Both the position numbers and the translations under genes were made by a program. A model generated the notes under the pieces. The model was not told the DNA's origin and did not search any database. It saw only the letters and a program-made list of their open reading frames with translations. Positions 40,491-51,695 of a DNA stretch of 64,000 nt are shown here, in pieces. The stretch comes from an uncultured archaeon (lineage in GTDB: Archaea; Thermoproteota; Bathyarchaeia; Bathyarchaeales; Bathycorpusculaceae), in the NCBI GenBank assembly GCA_963810275.1, contig CAWENF010000014.1, forward strand, positions 32,001 to 96,000, in the 5' to 3' direction. How positions within the stretch are numbered: position 1 is the first letter of the stretch; the number at the start of each line of letters is the position of its first letter.

Positions 40491-42764
40491 TTGTTTGAAG
40501 AGAAACAGAAAATAGCAATAACGTCAAAATACGTTTTAACAGCTATTATAGTTATAGCCAGCTTGGTTGGACTATACTTTCTCTCTAGCTACGATTACTT
40601 GATTTTTCATGTTATTGTGGAATTTTTCAGCATAGTCATAGCCTTTGCCATATTCACCATTGCATGGAATACAAAGCACATAACTGAAAACTCGTACTTC
40701 CTGTTCATTGGCATAACATTCGTTTTTGTGGCAATTTTAGACCTTTTCCACATGCTATCCTACAACGGTATGAACATTTTTTCACCGGAACAGTTTCCTG
40801 GCGCTAATTTAGCCACCCAGCTTTGGTTGGCAACCCGCTACCTCTTTGCCGTATCGCTTCTTCTACCTTTGCTGTTCATTCGCAGTAAAGTGAAGGAAAA
40901 CACAATACTTGCGGCTTACACAATAGTAACCGGGCTGCTTTTTGCTTCAATTTTAGTTTGGCAAAATTTTCCACTCGCTTACATAGCAGGAACGGGTTTA
41001 ACTATGTTTAAAGTGGCAAGCGAGTTTGCGATATCAGGCATAATTCTTGTCGCTATAGTCTTTTTGGTGAAGAAGAGAAATGAATTCAGCGATGAAATAT
41101 TCAAACTGCTATTAGCAGCTATGGCTCTTGGTATAGCCACTGAAATGGCTTTCACCGTCTACACCGACGTCTACGGCATCATGAACATGGTTGGACACCT
41201 ATTAAACGTCATTTCATTTTTCTTCATCTATGTGGCGTTAGTCCAAACATCTCTAACCAAACCATACAACCTCTTGTTCCGTGACCTCAAACAAAGTGAA
41301 ACAAACCTCGCTAAACACTCAGAAGAATTAACCAAAGTCAACGAGAAACTCGCCCAGGAAATTGACCAACGCACAGCCGTCCAGAAAGCGTTGGAGCAAA
41401 GCGAGCAACAGTTGAAGTTAAAACTTGATGCTGTACTTTCTCCAGATATCGAGTTAACCGAGGAGGACTTAACCAACATAATAGACGTGACTTCGCTGCA
41501 GGCGACGATGGACTACCTCTACCGTGTCACAAACATGGCGTTTGCATTAATAAATCTCAAAGGCAAAGTTTTAGTGAAAACTGGATGGCAGGATATATGC
41601 ACTAAATTTCACCGCGTAAATCCCGAAACCTGCCGTAACTGCATTGAAAGTGATCTTGAGCTTTCAAAATGGATTGAAAAAGGCAATGTTCGCCTATATA
41701 AATGCAAAAACAACCTTTGGGATGTTGCTACGCCCATCTTTCTCGGAGACAAACATGTGGGAAACGTGTTTTTTGGTCAATTCTTCTTTGACGACGAGCC
41801 ACCTGACCGAACGATCTTTGAGAAGCAAGCAAAAAAATATGGTTTTGATAAAGAAGCATATCTAGCGGCGTTTAACCGTGTACCGAGGTTTAACCGCAAA
41901 GACATAGACAGCCTGATGGTTTTCTACGCTCAAATGTCAGAGACAATCTCAAAGCTCAGCTACTCCAACCTTAAACTCGCAAGAGGCTTAAACGAGCAGA
42001 AGGAACTGCAACTTAGACTTGAAGGTAAAGCTGCTGAAGTAGAGGAGTATGCATCTCAGATGGAGGAGTTAGCTCAGGAGAGGGCGAAAAAACTTCAGGA
42101 TGCAGAGAGGCTCTCGGCAATCGGCGCCACTGCTGGCATGGTTGGACACGACATAAGAAACCCTCTTCAGGCAATAACCAACGAACTTTACTTAGCAAAA
42201 AAGTCTATCGAGTATCTTCCGCATCATACAAAAGCCGAGCTGGAAGAGAGCATCCAAAGCATGGAAGACAACATCGTCTACATTAACAAGATAGTTGCCG
42301 ACTTGCAGGACTTCGCTAAACCCCTTAACCCAAAGAGGGAGCAGGTTGACGTTGAGAATGCAGTTAAAGATGCACTTGCAATCGTAAATATCCCGGAAAA
42401 CGTTGCAGTTTCAGTTAAAATAGCTCAGAACCTGTCGCCTTTGATTGCTGATTCAACTATGATTAGGCGGGTAATAGTTAACTTAGCGCAGAATGCGATT
42501 CAAGCTATGCCGGAGGGCGGGAACCTTACAATAACCGCTGTGTATAGAAAACGCAAAATAGTGATTGCCCTCCAAGACACCGGCGGAGGAATACCAAAAG
42601 AGGTACAGCCTAAACTGTTCACCCCGCTGATGACAACAAAGTCAAAAGGGCAAGGCTTTGGATTAGCCGTTGTTAAACGCATGACAGAAGCCATGTGTGG
42701 AAAAGTCAGCTACACAAGCCAACAAGAGAAAGGTACAACTTTCACGCTTGAATTCCCAGCTTGA
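40491..42764 (+). CDS. Sensor histidine kinase (MASE3-like membrane domain, PocR domain, HisKA, HATPase)
   Basis: Multi-TM N-terminus (FHVIVEFFSIVIA..F..AW); PocR motif GWQDICTKFHR...C..SD...YKC..NLWD; GHDIRNPL, NAIQAM, DTGGGI, GFGL. Confidence 0.9.
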   Translation: MFEEKQKIAITSKYVLTAIIVIASLVGLYFLSSYDYLIFHVIVEFFSIVIAFAIFTIAWNTKHITENSYFLFIGITFVFVAILDLFHMLSYNGMNIFSPEQFPGANLATQLWLATRYLFAVSLLLPLLFIRSKVKENTILAAYTIVTGLLFASILVWQNFPLAYIAGTGLTMFKVASEFAISGIILVAIVFLVKKRNEFSDEIFKLLLAAMALGIATEMAFTVYTDVYGIMNMVGHLLNVISFFFIYVALVQTSLTKPYNLLFRDLKQSETNLAKHSEELTKVNEKLAQEIDQRTAVQKALEQSEQQLKLKLDAVLSPDIELTEEDLTNIIDVTSLQATMDYLYRVTNMAFALINLKGKVLVKTGWQDICTKFHRVNPETCRNCIESDLELSKWIEKGNVRLYKCKNNLWDVATPIFLGDKHVGNVFFGQFFFDDEPPDRTIFEKQAKKYGFDKEAYLAAFNRVPRFNRKDIDSLMVFYAQMSETISKLSYSNLKLARGLNEQKELQLRLEGKAAEVEEYASQMEELAQERAKKLQDAERLSAIGATAGMVGHDIRNPLQAITNELYLAKKSIEYLPHHTKAELEESIQSMEDNIVYINKIVADLQDFAKPLNPKREQVDVENAVKDALAIVNIPENVAVSVKIAQNLSPLIADSTMIRRVIVNLAQNAIQAMPEGGNLTITAVYRKRKIVIALQDTGGGIPKEVQPKLFTPLMTTKSKGQGFGLAVVKRMTEAMCGKVSYTSQQEKGTTFTLEFPA

Positions 42765-42774
42765 GGGAGCTGAA

Positions 42775-43149
42775 TTGATAGAGAAACTGTTTGTCTACGG
42801 AATATTAACTCAGGTTAAGGTTCGCCGTGAAGTCATCAGCGAAGATAATCTGCGATATTTAGGTGAAGGCTCGATTGAGGCAGAACTTTACGATTTAGGC
42901 GCACACCCAGCAGCGATTCCATGCAATGGCAAACGGGTTAACGGCACCGTGTATGAGTTAGCCGATTTAGGTGTTTTAGAACAACTCGACGAGTTTGAAG
43001 AGTATAAACACTCTGACCCCAAAGGCAGTCTTTACGTGCGTGCAGTTGCTGAAGTCACTTTGGAAAATGGCAAAACAGTTGCTTACGTTTATTTCTATAA
43101 TCGCAGTGTCAAAAAAGCCAAGAAAATTGTCAACGGAAAATGGAAATAG
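42775..43149 (+). CDS. Gamma-glutamylcyclotransferase (AIG2-like)
   Basis: LFVYGIL, LYDLGAHPA, VNGTVYE, LDEFE, AYVYFY; TTG start at 42775. Confidence 0.82.
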   Translation: MIEKLFVYGILTQVKVRREVISEDNLRYLGEGSIEAELYDLGAHPAAIPCNGKRVNGTVYELADLGVLEQLDEFEEYKHSDPKGSLYVRAVAEVTLENGKTVAYVYFYNRSVKKAKKIVNGKWK

Positions 43150-44001
43150 TCATTTTTTGAAGCTAACTGCGGCATATCCGACAACACTTGAGTGGTCACC
43201 TGTAATGTCGCCGCTGTTGTGGTAAGCAAGCAAATCAGCTTTTGCGTTAACCCCGAACGCGTAGGTGAGGAGGCTGGTTATGGGGGCGTACCCGCAGGCA
43301 GAGACATCTCGTTCTTCGATGATTTCGTAGAAAGCTTTGGCATCTACTGCGATGGCGGCGTCTAAAGCTGCTTGGTCTTTTTGGGATGCGGTTTTGGCAG
43401 GTTCGTAGTGGGTCATGTCGGAGGATGCAATGACGACCGAGTTGGTTGCGTCAAGGGATTCAGTTAGGGCTCTGCCGATTTCCACTGCAGATTGGTAGTC
43501 ATGCATCATGTAGCAGATAGGAACGATTTTGAATGTGTTGCCGTAGAGGAACTGAAGGAAAGGCAACTGCACTTCAAGAGAATGCTCAAAGCGATGTGCA
43601 AGTTCGTCAACGTCCAGGACCGACGTTTCTTGAAGAATGTCATCGGCGAGTGCCGTATCGATTTCCACGTTCCCAAACGGCGTCTGCCATGTGCCTTCAC
43701 GCATAACCGACAAAGCGGAGCCGTAGCCAGTATGATTAGGGCCTAAAAGTATGACGGTGTCGGGTTTGCCGTCTAAAGCTAACTGGTAAAAAGCGTGTGC
43801 CGCCACGGGACCGCTGTAAAGATAGCCAGCATGGGGAGAAATAAGTCCGACGATTTTGCGTGGGTGAGTTGATGTGTTAACAGTGGGGAGTTTTTGGGGT
43901 CCGAGTTTGCTGAGAAAACAACCGCTAAGTTGTGCTCTGAGTGCTTCGGCGTTGTCCTCGTAAAATTGAGAAGCGACAACTGCTCGCCGAAGCGGAGCCA
44001 A
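43150..44001 (-). CDS. AmmeMemoRadiSam protein B (MEMO1 family)
   Basis: PHAGYLYSG, GPNHTG, EHSLEVQLPFLQ, ASSDMTHY, CG, VVGY. Confidence 0.92.
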   Translation of the reverse strand: MAPLRRAVVASQFYEDNAEALRAQLSGCFLSKLGPQKLPTVNTSTHPRKIVGLISPHAGYLYSGPVAAHAFYQLALDGKPDTVILLGPNHTGYGSALSVMREGTWQTPFGNVEIDTALADDILQETSVLDVDELAHRFEHSLEVQLPFLQFLYGNTFKIVPICYMMHDYQSAVEIGRALTESLDATNSVVIASSDMTHYEPAKTASQKDQAALDAAIAVDAKAFYEIIEERDVSACGYAPITSLLTYAFGVNAKADLLAYHNSGDITGDHSSVVGYAAVSFKK

Positions 44002-44003
44002 CT

Positions 44004-44903
44004 TTAGGGTTCATCCTCCTCGTCTCGGGTGACTTTAGCTTCGAAGTCTTCGATGCTGACTGAGGGATCTTTGTCTGGGGCTAGTTCGCCTCTTTCTCTT
44101 AGGACTTGGCGTGCCAGCAGCCAGAAGATGACTGCGAGTGCGCGGCGGCCTTTGTTGTTGGTTGGGATAACTAAGTCTACGCCGCTGAATTCGTTGTCGG
44201 TGCTGCATAGCGCCACGATAGGTATGCCGACAGCGGATGCTTCTTTGACTGCCTGAGCGTCTGCGCGTGGGTCTGAGACGACGATGACTTCGGGGTCAAC
44301 TCTGTTTTGGTATTGCGGGTTGCTAAGTTGTCCTGGGATGAATCTGCCAATGATGGGAGTCGCGCCTGTTAGTTTGCAGAACATTTTAACTGGTTCATGG
44401 GCGTATAGACGGGTGGCTGCTATAGCTACTTTACTGGGTTCGTAACGTGAAAGGAATTTGGCGGTTGTGCGGATGCGGTCGTCTGTTTTTTTGACGTCTA
44501 AGACGAATAAGCCATCTGGTCGGACACGGTAGATAAATGGTTCCATGTCTAGGGTTTTCATTCGGGTACCGATGTGTATACCTGCGGAGAGCAGGGTATC
44601 TCGTGGTAGAAGAAGAGTTTCTTCAGGTCCCGTTTCAACCGGTGCTTGTGGTGCTTCAAATTCTTCTTCCTCTTCTGATTCTTCGCTTTCTTCTTCGACT
44701 GGTGTCTCTTGGACAATTTCTTCAGATGCTTCTTCTTCAGCTTCTTGAGCAAATGGAGCTTCAGTTTCTTCTTCAGTTACGGTTTCTTCTGAAACTGGTT
44801 CATCTTGAGGTTCAGCTTCAACGGTTTCTGCTGGCTCCTCAACTGGTTCTTCTTCTAATTGGGTGTCTTCGGGTAGGTTTTCTTTTGTTTGATCTTCAGA
44901 CAT
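44004..44903 (-). CDS. rps2: 30S ribosomal protein S2 with long acidic N-terminal extension
   Basis: [41 protein letters not shown]. Confidence 0.95.
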   Translation of the reverse strand: MSEDQTKENLPEDTQLEEEPVEEPAETVEAEPQDEPVSEETVTEEETEAPFAQEAEEEASEEIVQETPVEEESEESEEEEEFEAPQAPVETGPEETLLLPRDTLLSAGIHIGTRMKTLDMEPFIYRVRPDGLFVLDVKKTDDRIRTTAKFLSRYEPSKVAIAATRLYAHEPVKMFCKLTGATPIIGRFIPGQLSNPQYQNRVDPEVIVVSDPRADAQAVKEASAVGIPIVALCSTDNEFSGVDLVIPTNNKGRRALAVIFWLLARQVLRERGELAPDKDPSVSIEDFEAKVTRDEEDEP

Positions 44904-44920
44904 TCTTATTCATCTTCTCT

Positions 44921-46174
44921 TTAGCGTATATTTAGGTAAGCCATTCTGGCTCTGTTTCCAAGGAAATGCTCAATGCGTATGAGCTCGTTTAATTTGGCGA
45001 TGCGTGCGCCTTCTACCACACCTGTTTTGATAACCGGGCATCTATATGCTACAGCTAAATGGGCGATGTGCCAATCGCATGTGTCCCCGCTACGATGCGA
45101 AACCACAGGGGAGTAGCCGTTAGTTTGGGCTGTTTCGATTGTTTCAGCTGCATCGGTTAAGGTGCCTATCTGGTTAACTTTGATGATGATAGCGTTTCCC
45201 GCGTTAATCTTAATTCCGTTATTTAACCTTTCAGTATTGGTTGTAAACAAATCGTCACCGCAAATTAAACAATTCTTCGATTTCTTTGTGAGTTCCGCAA
45301 AGCTTTCGAAGTCATCCTCTTGGAAAGCATCCTCCACGTAGACAAGGTGGTACTTCTCTATTAAATCAAGCATGTACTCCAGTTGCTCTGCTGTGTCGCG
45401 TTTCACGCCGTCTTGGGTGTAAACGTATTTTTCTTCTTTTGGCTTCCAAAAGTTGGATGCCGCCACGTCAATACCAAAACCGCATTCGAAATCCAACTCA
45501 TTACCTACTTCCTCACAAGCACGGGCGATTACTTCAAACGCATCATCGGTTGTGATGTTGGCTATCCATGCACCCTCGTCGCTCTTGCCGCCGTTAAAGG
45601 TAGTGCTTTTCTTCTTAAGAGAGTCGCTGATGCGTTTGTGGATTAGGGTGTTGGCGGTTTGGGCTTCAAGGAAACTTTCTGCGCCGTGGGGTAAACTGAG
45701 GTATTCTTGGATTACGGGTGCTTTGCCGCGTGCGTGGGCGCCGCCACTTATGCAGTTGCCCAATGGAAATGGCATAGTGTTGGCTGCATTTCCGCCTAAG
45801 AATTGGAACAAGAGCAAGCCATGGCTGTTGGCTGCTGCTTCTGCGTTTGCAAGGCTTATGGCGAATGCGGTGTTGCCGCCTACATTTTTAAAGTCGGCGG
45901 TGCCGTCTATTTCGTGAAGAGTGTTGTCGATTTCCTCTTGGAAATCAGCGTTTAAGCCTGCAAGCTCTGGAGCAACTATTTCATCAACTTTTTTGATGGC
46001 TGCCTCAACGCCTCCCGTCGGGTAATAAGCCACTTCGGCTTTTCCTTTGCTCTTACCGGCTGGCGCGCCTGAGCGTCCGAAACCGCCGGCAGTAATAACA
46101 TCTACTTCTATGGTTTCTTCTCCGCGGTTATTGAAAATTTTTCTTGCGATGAGGTCCTCAATGATTGATGACAC
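44921..46174 (-). CDS. eno: Enolase
   Basis: GGAHA, QE, DEG, GIDVAAS, GDDLFTTN, IKVNQIGTLT, SHRSG, KTG. Confidence 0.92.
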   Translation of the reverse strand: MSSIIEDLIARKIFNNRGEETIEVDVITAGGFGRSGAPAGKSKGKAEVAYYPTGGVEAAIKKVDEIVAPELAGLNADFQEEIDNTLHEIDGTADFKNVGGNTAFAISLANAEAAANSHGLLLFQFLGGNAANTMPFPLGNCISGGAHARGKAPVIQEYLSLPHGAESFLEAQTANTLIHKRISDSLKKKSTTFNGGKSDEGAWIANITTDDAFEVIARACEEVGNELDFECGFGIDVAASNFWKPKEEKYVYTQDGVKRDTAEQLEYMLDLIEKYHLVYVEDAFQEDDFESFAELTKKSKNCLICGDDLFTTNTERLNNGIKINAGNAIIIKVNQIGTLTDAAETIETAQTNGYSPVVSHRSGDTCDWHIAHLAVAYRCPVIKTGVVEGARIAKLNELIRIEHFLGNRARMAYLNIR

Positions 46175-46411
46175 GATAATATTAACCTCAAGACGCTATA
46201 GTTTTGTAGTCGGGTTATTTTAGGTTTCGGAAAACAGGATGTTATAACTAGCCTCTCAAGTGTTCAACCTGCCTTTTTGTTATAAATAGCACTCTTGCTC
46301 TATGTTGATCACAGGTCACTCACTTACATAAACCCTTGAATATTTACAGCGTCATTCTTGTAGAGTTTTTGGCTGAACTAACAGTTTTTAGTTAGTTTCT
46401 TGACAAATCTG

Positions 46412-48443
46412 CTAAACCAGCTTCCGCTTCTGCCTGAGCCACCGTTGCAAAACTAAAACCACAGCCAAAACCGCTGCAACCACAATCGCAGCTACAGCAA
46501 TAGCCAGAAAGGGAAACGCCTCGGCCGAATCGGATGCGGCAACCACGTAAGGGCGCATCATCTCATTATCTTCATGCTCCAATAGGTGACAGTGCCAAAC
46601 GTAGCCGGGGCCAGCGGTTGCGTCGAAAGAAAATGGAGCGCCGTCCTGCTGGGGTCCACCGTGCCCGAATTGTGACGACTTCACCTGAGTTGACAATGAC
46701 TGTGTCTTTCCAGCCTTGCTCGCTTGGAGCAGCTGGCCACGGTTCACCTGTTAGATACGGGCTTAGGGATTCGACGTTTACAGTGGGGTTTTTTAGTGGT
46801 AGTTCGCCATTAAGGTTGTTCCAGTCTTCGAGGTAGCTAGTTATGTCGAAATTTTGGCGGCTCACCACCTGGAACTGGATTAGGTGTAAGTGGATAGGGT
46901 GTACATCCATCATGGTGTTGACCAGTGCCCAGTCTTCGGTTGACCCAACTATAGGGTTTTCGGAAATAGATGCTGACCAGTCCTGCCCGTCAAGAAGGAG
47001 TTCTTGGTCACCGTTTGGACCCCCAATGCCCGTCAACGTTAGAATTCTCGTTTTTGAGGGGGCGGGCAAAGTTGGGTAGTTGCCTGCCAGCAGGGGGTTA
47101 AGGTTTTGAGGGAGGTCGGGTGCGACTGCACTCTGTTTATCCAAGACGGTGAACTGCATGATTTTCCCTGTTGTGTCAGCGGTGGATGAGTCTATTTCGG
47201 CAATGTTTTGCAGGATGATTTGTTGTCCTGCTGGAATGCTAGAGAAGTCGACAAGGATGTCTATGCGTTCGGCTGGCGCAACCAGCTTTGAAGTTAATTC
47301 TACTGGGGATTTAAGGTAGCCGCCGTCCGAACCGACCTGCGTAAAAGACATTCCATTTGAGAATTGCAGCTGGTAGAAACGACTGTTGGAGCCATCCAGA
47401 ATGCGGAAGCGGTAGACGCCCTGCTCCACATTCATGTTCGGCCACACCTTCCCGTTGACCACGAGAGTATTGCCAAGAAATGTCGGTTGCCATATGGGGT
47501 GAAAATCGGGGTAGTTGCCTTCGGTGGGGTAGTATAGGGAGCCGTTTTGGTAAAAACTACGATCTTGAAGCAGCAGAGGTATGTCGTAGGCGCCACTTGG
47601 CATAACTTGCTCAACTGGATTTGTGCTGTTTCTTAAGATATAAAAACCAGCTAACCCCGAAAGAACGTTTAGGCGGGTTACACCCAATGCGTGGTCGTGA
47701 TACCACAAGTTGGCTGGGGGCTGGGTGTTGGGGTAGATGTAGACGGCGGCATTTGGGTCGGTGGGCTCTTCGGTAGTGTAGGCGGAGCCGTGTTTGCCAT
47801 CGGGGGTGTACCATGATTCGGGGAAGCCATCACTGACGGAGGATACTTCACCGCCGTGCAGGTGCGTGACAATGGGGACGGGCGAGAGGGCAGAGGCAGT
47901 CGTGGAGACGGTCGCTTGCGGGTTCACTCCGCCCATAGATAAACCGTTAGGGTTAGCCCAGTGAATAGTAGAGTCCACCGGCAAAATGTAGCTTAACAGG
48001 TTGCCTTTGGAGTCCACCAGGCTGTTAACCCATTTCACCTTAACGGGCACGCCCTGAATCGCCTCAAAAGTGCATCCGGGAGTAAAGCCTACCATCCCCA
48101 AGTCGGCGCCTGTGACTCCGTCTTTAGCTGGACCTTGGTAGCCCCAAACCGTTGTCGATGGATATTCAGTTGGGGAACCATCTTCGTGAATGGTGGGCAG
48201 CATCTGCTGGTTAAACTCTCTGACTTCGACGGTGTAGTCCTGTCTGATGAGGGTTTCTTGGCTGTCGGTTACGTTCACTGCTTCGAAAACTGGTGGTGGA
48301 TTGGTGAGTTGATTTGTGAATTTAGGGATTGCAGCGGGGTCAAGCAGCTGCGGTCCTGTTTGTCCACTAGTTGGTTGAATTGGAATCACAACTAGAGCGG
48401 TGATTAGTGCCGTGAGAAGTAAAGTTTTCAGTACAGATGTCAT
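46412..48443 (-). CDS. Multicopper oxidase (CotA/bilirubin oxidase-like), signal peptide and C-terminal TM anchor; +1 frameshift at the G run 46651-46654
   Basis: All four copper motifs present: THLHGG, WYHDH, HPIHLH and, in the second frame, [14 protein letters not shown]. Confidence 0.9.
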
Positions 48444-48613
48444 TTTTTAATCCTCAAAACTCTACAGTATCTTTGAGAGGTTGAAATAGAAAACACTTCC
48501 GCTTTTCCTTATGCAAACGGCTTGCGGAGACATCTTTGCAGTTTGGCAATCAGGGGTTTGAATGTGAATGTTTTTATCTCCAACCACAATACAATCAGGT
48601 CAAGGTGTAACTT

Positions 48614-49549
48614 ATGGGTAAAGGGTCAGGTTACGGTAAAGTCATCCTGTTTGGCGAACACTTCGTTGTGCACGGCGTGCCCGGCGTAGTTTCCGCCATC
48701 GATTCCTCAACGGACGCAGAAGTAAAGAAATCAGCTAAAATGAGCATTAGAGACGAGCGGAAAACCGCTAAAGGCTACAGCGAAGAGAAAAAGATGCAGC
48801 AAATCGAATCCATCGAGCGCATGCTCAAAGCCATGGATTTGGACTCCAAAATGGCGTTTGACATCTGGATAGGCGGCTCTCTACCAGGCTTCAGTGGACT
48901 AGGCGCATCCGCGGCCTCCAGCGTTGCCATTGCACGAGCCATTTCTGAAGAGCTCAACTTGGGTTTGTCTAACGATAAAATCAACTCGGTTGCTTACGAA
49001 GGCGAAAAAGCCTATGCAGGCAACCCGTCGGGTATCGACAACACCGCAGCCACCTACGGCGGGTTGATGTGGTTTAAGAAAAACCCCGCGGGTGGACAGG
49101 ACTTGGTGGAGAAAATTCACATTAAACGCCCAGTCGAAATCGTAATCGGCAGCACAGGCAAAGTCGCCAACACTAAAGCCATGGTGGAAGGCGTAGCTGA
49201 CCGCAGAAAAGCCAACCCAGCCAAATACGACCCTCTGTTTAAGCAGGCAGAAAACATTGCAGTTGCAGGCAGAAAAGCGCTGGAGGCAGGCGACCTTAAA
49301 AAAGTCGGCGACCTCATGAACGAGAACCACAGGATTTTGCAAGAAATCGGCGTGTCAAGCAAAGAACTGGACTTGCTCGTGGACATTGCCCGCAAGCAGG
49401 GCGCTTTTGGCGCTAAGTTGACAGGCGGCGGCGGAGGCGGCTGCATGGTTGCGTTATGCGGCGGCAAAGAGGTCGCTGGTAAAATTGTGGGTGCCTTTAA
49501 GGGCGCTGGCTTTGAGTATTTGATGACTAGAATCGGCGTCGTAAACTAA
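48614..49549 (+). CDS. mvk: Mevalonate kinase
   Basis: GKVILFGEHFVVHG, PGFSGLGASAA, PSGIDN, GAKLTGGGGGG. Confidence 0.92.
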   Translation: MGKGSGYGKVILFGEHFVVHGVPGVVSAIDSSTDAEVKKSAKMSIRDERKTAKGYSEEKKMQQIESIERMLKAMDLDSKMAFDIWIGGSLPGFSGLGASAASSVAIARAISEELNLGLSNDKINSVAYEGEKAYAGNPSGIDNTAATYGGLMWFKKNPAGGQDLVEKIHIKRPVEIVIGSTGKVANTKAMVEGVADRRKANPAKYDPLFKQAENIAVAGRKALEAGDLKKVGDLMNENHRILQEIGVSSKELDLLVDIARKQGAFGAKLTGGGGGGCMVALCGGKEVAGKIVGAFKGAGFEYLMTRIGVVN

Positions 49550-49824
49550 TAGAATCTTATTTTGGGCCACCTTTGCCCTTATTGTTTTTCTAAGTTTCTT
49601 AGTCCAGAAACCTTGACAAAACACTGACAGAAAACCGGATAAAAAACGATTATTAACCGCCCACGAACTCAGAACACATAAGAACACTAAGCAAAGTCTC
49701 AGCCCTACATCTGGTGTTGGAGGAGGCAACCATAGCAGCTCCAAACATGATTTAAGCATTCACCACCTCAAATCCAGCATGGCACCCCGGTTTGGAGTAG
49801 CACCTTTTGCGATGAGAGTTATGA

Positions 49825-50253
49825 GTGGGCTTTTTGTGTGGTTCAAACAAGCGACTCAGGATACTCCCTTGCGGGGTACACACTATTTCTTGTGGTGCGG
49901 GTCAGGCGGATGTTTGGCTTGTTAAAGTGGACTCTTTCGGATGCCAAGAATGGAACAGAACCTTTGGCGACGCCGGGTTTGATTGGGCTTCTTCGCTGAT
50001 CAAACATCTGACGGCGGGTTTGCGTTGGCTGGAACAACTTATTCTTCTGACGAAAGAGGCTATGATGCTTGGCTAATCAAAACCGATGGTGCAGGAAGTT
50101 GCATGGAGTCGAAGCTTCGGCGGTGTAGGCGACGACCAAGCACTCGCAGTGGTGCCTGTGGGTGACGGCGGGTTTGTGCTGTGCGGCTCAACCAATACCT
50201 ATGGGGTTGGTGCGTGGGATATGTGGCTGTTTAAGGCTTCAGGCAGCCCATAA
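49825..50253 (+). pseudogene. Fragment of a repeat-containing (beta-propeller-like) surface protein
   Basis: Repeated DVWLVKVDSFG..WNRTFG, QTSDGGFALAG and DAWLIKTD units in broken frames. Confidence 0.6.
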
Positions 50254-50371
50254 AACGGGTTTTTCATAATCCACTGCGGGTTATTGATATTTATTCCTCT
50301 GTTCTGTCAAAGCATTTTTCCAAAACCTATAAACGCAGACTCAACATCTTTTCCAATTTGAGGCAAACAGT

Positions 50372-51685
50372 TTGACACTCAGAGGCTTCATAGAGCAACT
50401 AAAGCAAAATGGAGAATTAACACAGATTACAAAGCCCGTCTCAGTCGAGTACGAGATGGCAGGCATTATCGATGCAAACAGCGAGCGGCCAGTCATGTTT
50501 GAAAACGTCAAAAAATCCGCTGTGCCGGTTGTGGCGGGTTTGGTGTCTTCGAAAGATTTGATTTGCAGAAGCATCGGCATCACCAAAGAGCAGTTGCTGC
50601 CCAAGTTGCTTGACGCCATCGAAAACCCAGTGGCGCCCAAACTGGTCACGGAGGCGCCGTGCCAGGAAGTGGTCGAATGCGGCGCAGACGTTGACTTAAC
50701 CAAGCTGCCGATCATGCATTACACTGACAAAGACGGCGGCAAATACATCGCCAGCGCAGTCTCAATCGTCAAAGACCCCGAACTGGGCCAAAACATGTGT
50801 TTCCATCGCCTGATGCTTAAAGACAAAAACCACTTCGTCGCCCGCATAGTGGAACGCAGAGGCACCGATACTACGCTGCAGAAAGCCGGCGGCGAACTCG
50901 ATATAGCCATCTGCCTGGGAAACTCCACACCAGTGCTTCTCGCAGCAGCTACTACGTTGCCGATGGGCGTCAACGAACTTGGAATGGCAAACGCCATAGA
51001 AAAAACCGACGTGGTGAAATGCAAAACCATCGACGTGGAAGTGCCAGCCGACTGCGAATATGTATTAGAAGGCAGAATCACCAAAGAGAAAGCTTCCGAA
51101 GGACCCTTCCTCGATTTGACAGGCATTGTTGACCGCACCCGAATGCAGCCTGTGGTTGAAATCAAATGCATTACACACCGCAAAAACCCCATTTACCAAA
51201 CCATCCTTGCCGGCCGTAACGAGCACAAGTTCCTCATGGGCATGCCAAAAGAACCCACAATCTTCAAAGAAGTCAGCAAAGTCTGCCAATGCAAAGACGT
51301 CTACATCACCCCTGGCGGATGCAGCTGGCTCCACGCAGTCGTCCAAATCAAAAAACAGGCACCTGACGACGGTAAAAAAGCCATCGAAGCCACCTTCAAG
51401 GGCCACGGCTCACTCAAACACTGCGTCATAGTAGACGAAGACATCAACATCTACGACCCGCACGATGTGGAGTGGGCAATCGCCACACGGTTTCAGGCAG
51501 ACAAAAACTCGGTTATCATGTCCAACCAGCCCGGCAGCAGCCTTGACCCCTCCGGCGACTTATCCGAGGGCAAGAAGGCAACCACTGCCAAAGCAGGCTT
51601 AGACGCCACCATTCCGGAGTCAACCACGGGCAAGGGCTTCGCAAAAGTAGACTACGTAAAAGTAGACCTAAACAAGTACATGTAA
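50372..51685 (+). CDS. UbiD-family decarboxylase, probable trans-anhydromevalonate 5-phosphate decarboxylase
   Basis: EGPF.D.TG, GGCSWLH, VDEDINIYDP..VEWAIATR, GSSLDPS; operon with AcnX subunits next to mvk. Confidence 0.88.
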   Translation: MTLRGFIEQLKQNGELTQITKPVSVEYEMAGIIDANSERPVMFENVKKSAVPVVAGLVSSKDLICRSIGITKEQLLPKLLDAIENPVAPKLVTEAPCQEVVECGADVDLTKLPIMHYTDKDGGKYIASAVSIVKDPELGQNMCFHRLMLKDKNHFVARIVERRGTDTTLQKAGGELDIAICLGNSTPVLLAAATTLPMGVNELGMANAIEKTDVVKCKTIDVEVPADCEYVLEGRITKEKASEGPFLDLTGIVDRTRMQPVVEIKCITHRKNPIYQTILAGRNEHKFLMGMPKEPTIFKEVSKVCQCKDVYITPGGCSWLHAVVQIKKQAPDDGKKAIEATFKGHGSLKHCVIVDEDINIYDPHDVEWAIATRFQADKNSVIMSNQPGSSLDPSGDLSEGKKATTAKAGLDATIPESTTGKGFAKVDYVKVDLNKYM

Positions 51686-51695
51686 GTGACCAACC

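Noticed and set aside
44921-46174. Enolase as a possible pseudo-enzyme (NNRG, AGKS and SHRSGDT variants)
   Set aside because: The catalytic and metal-binding residues (His, both Glu, the Asp/Glu/Asp ligands, Lys, HRS) all appear retained.
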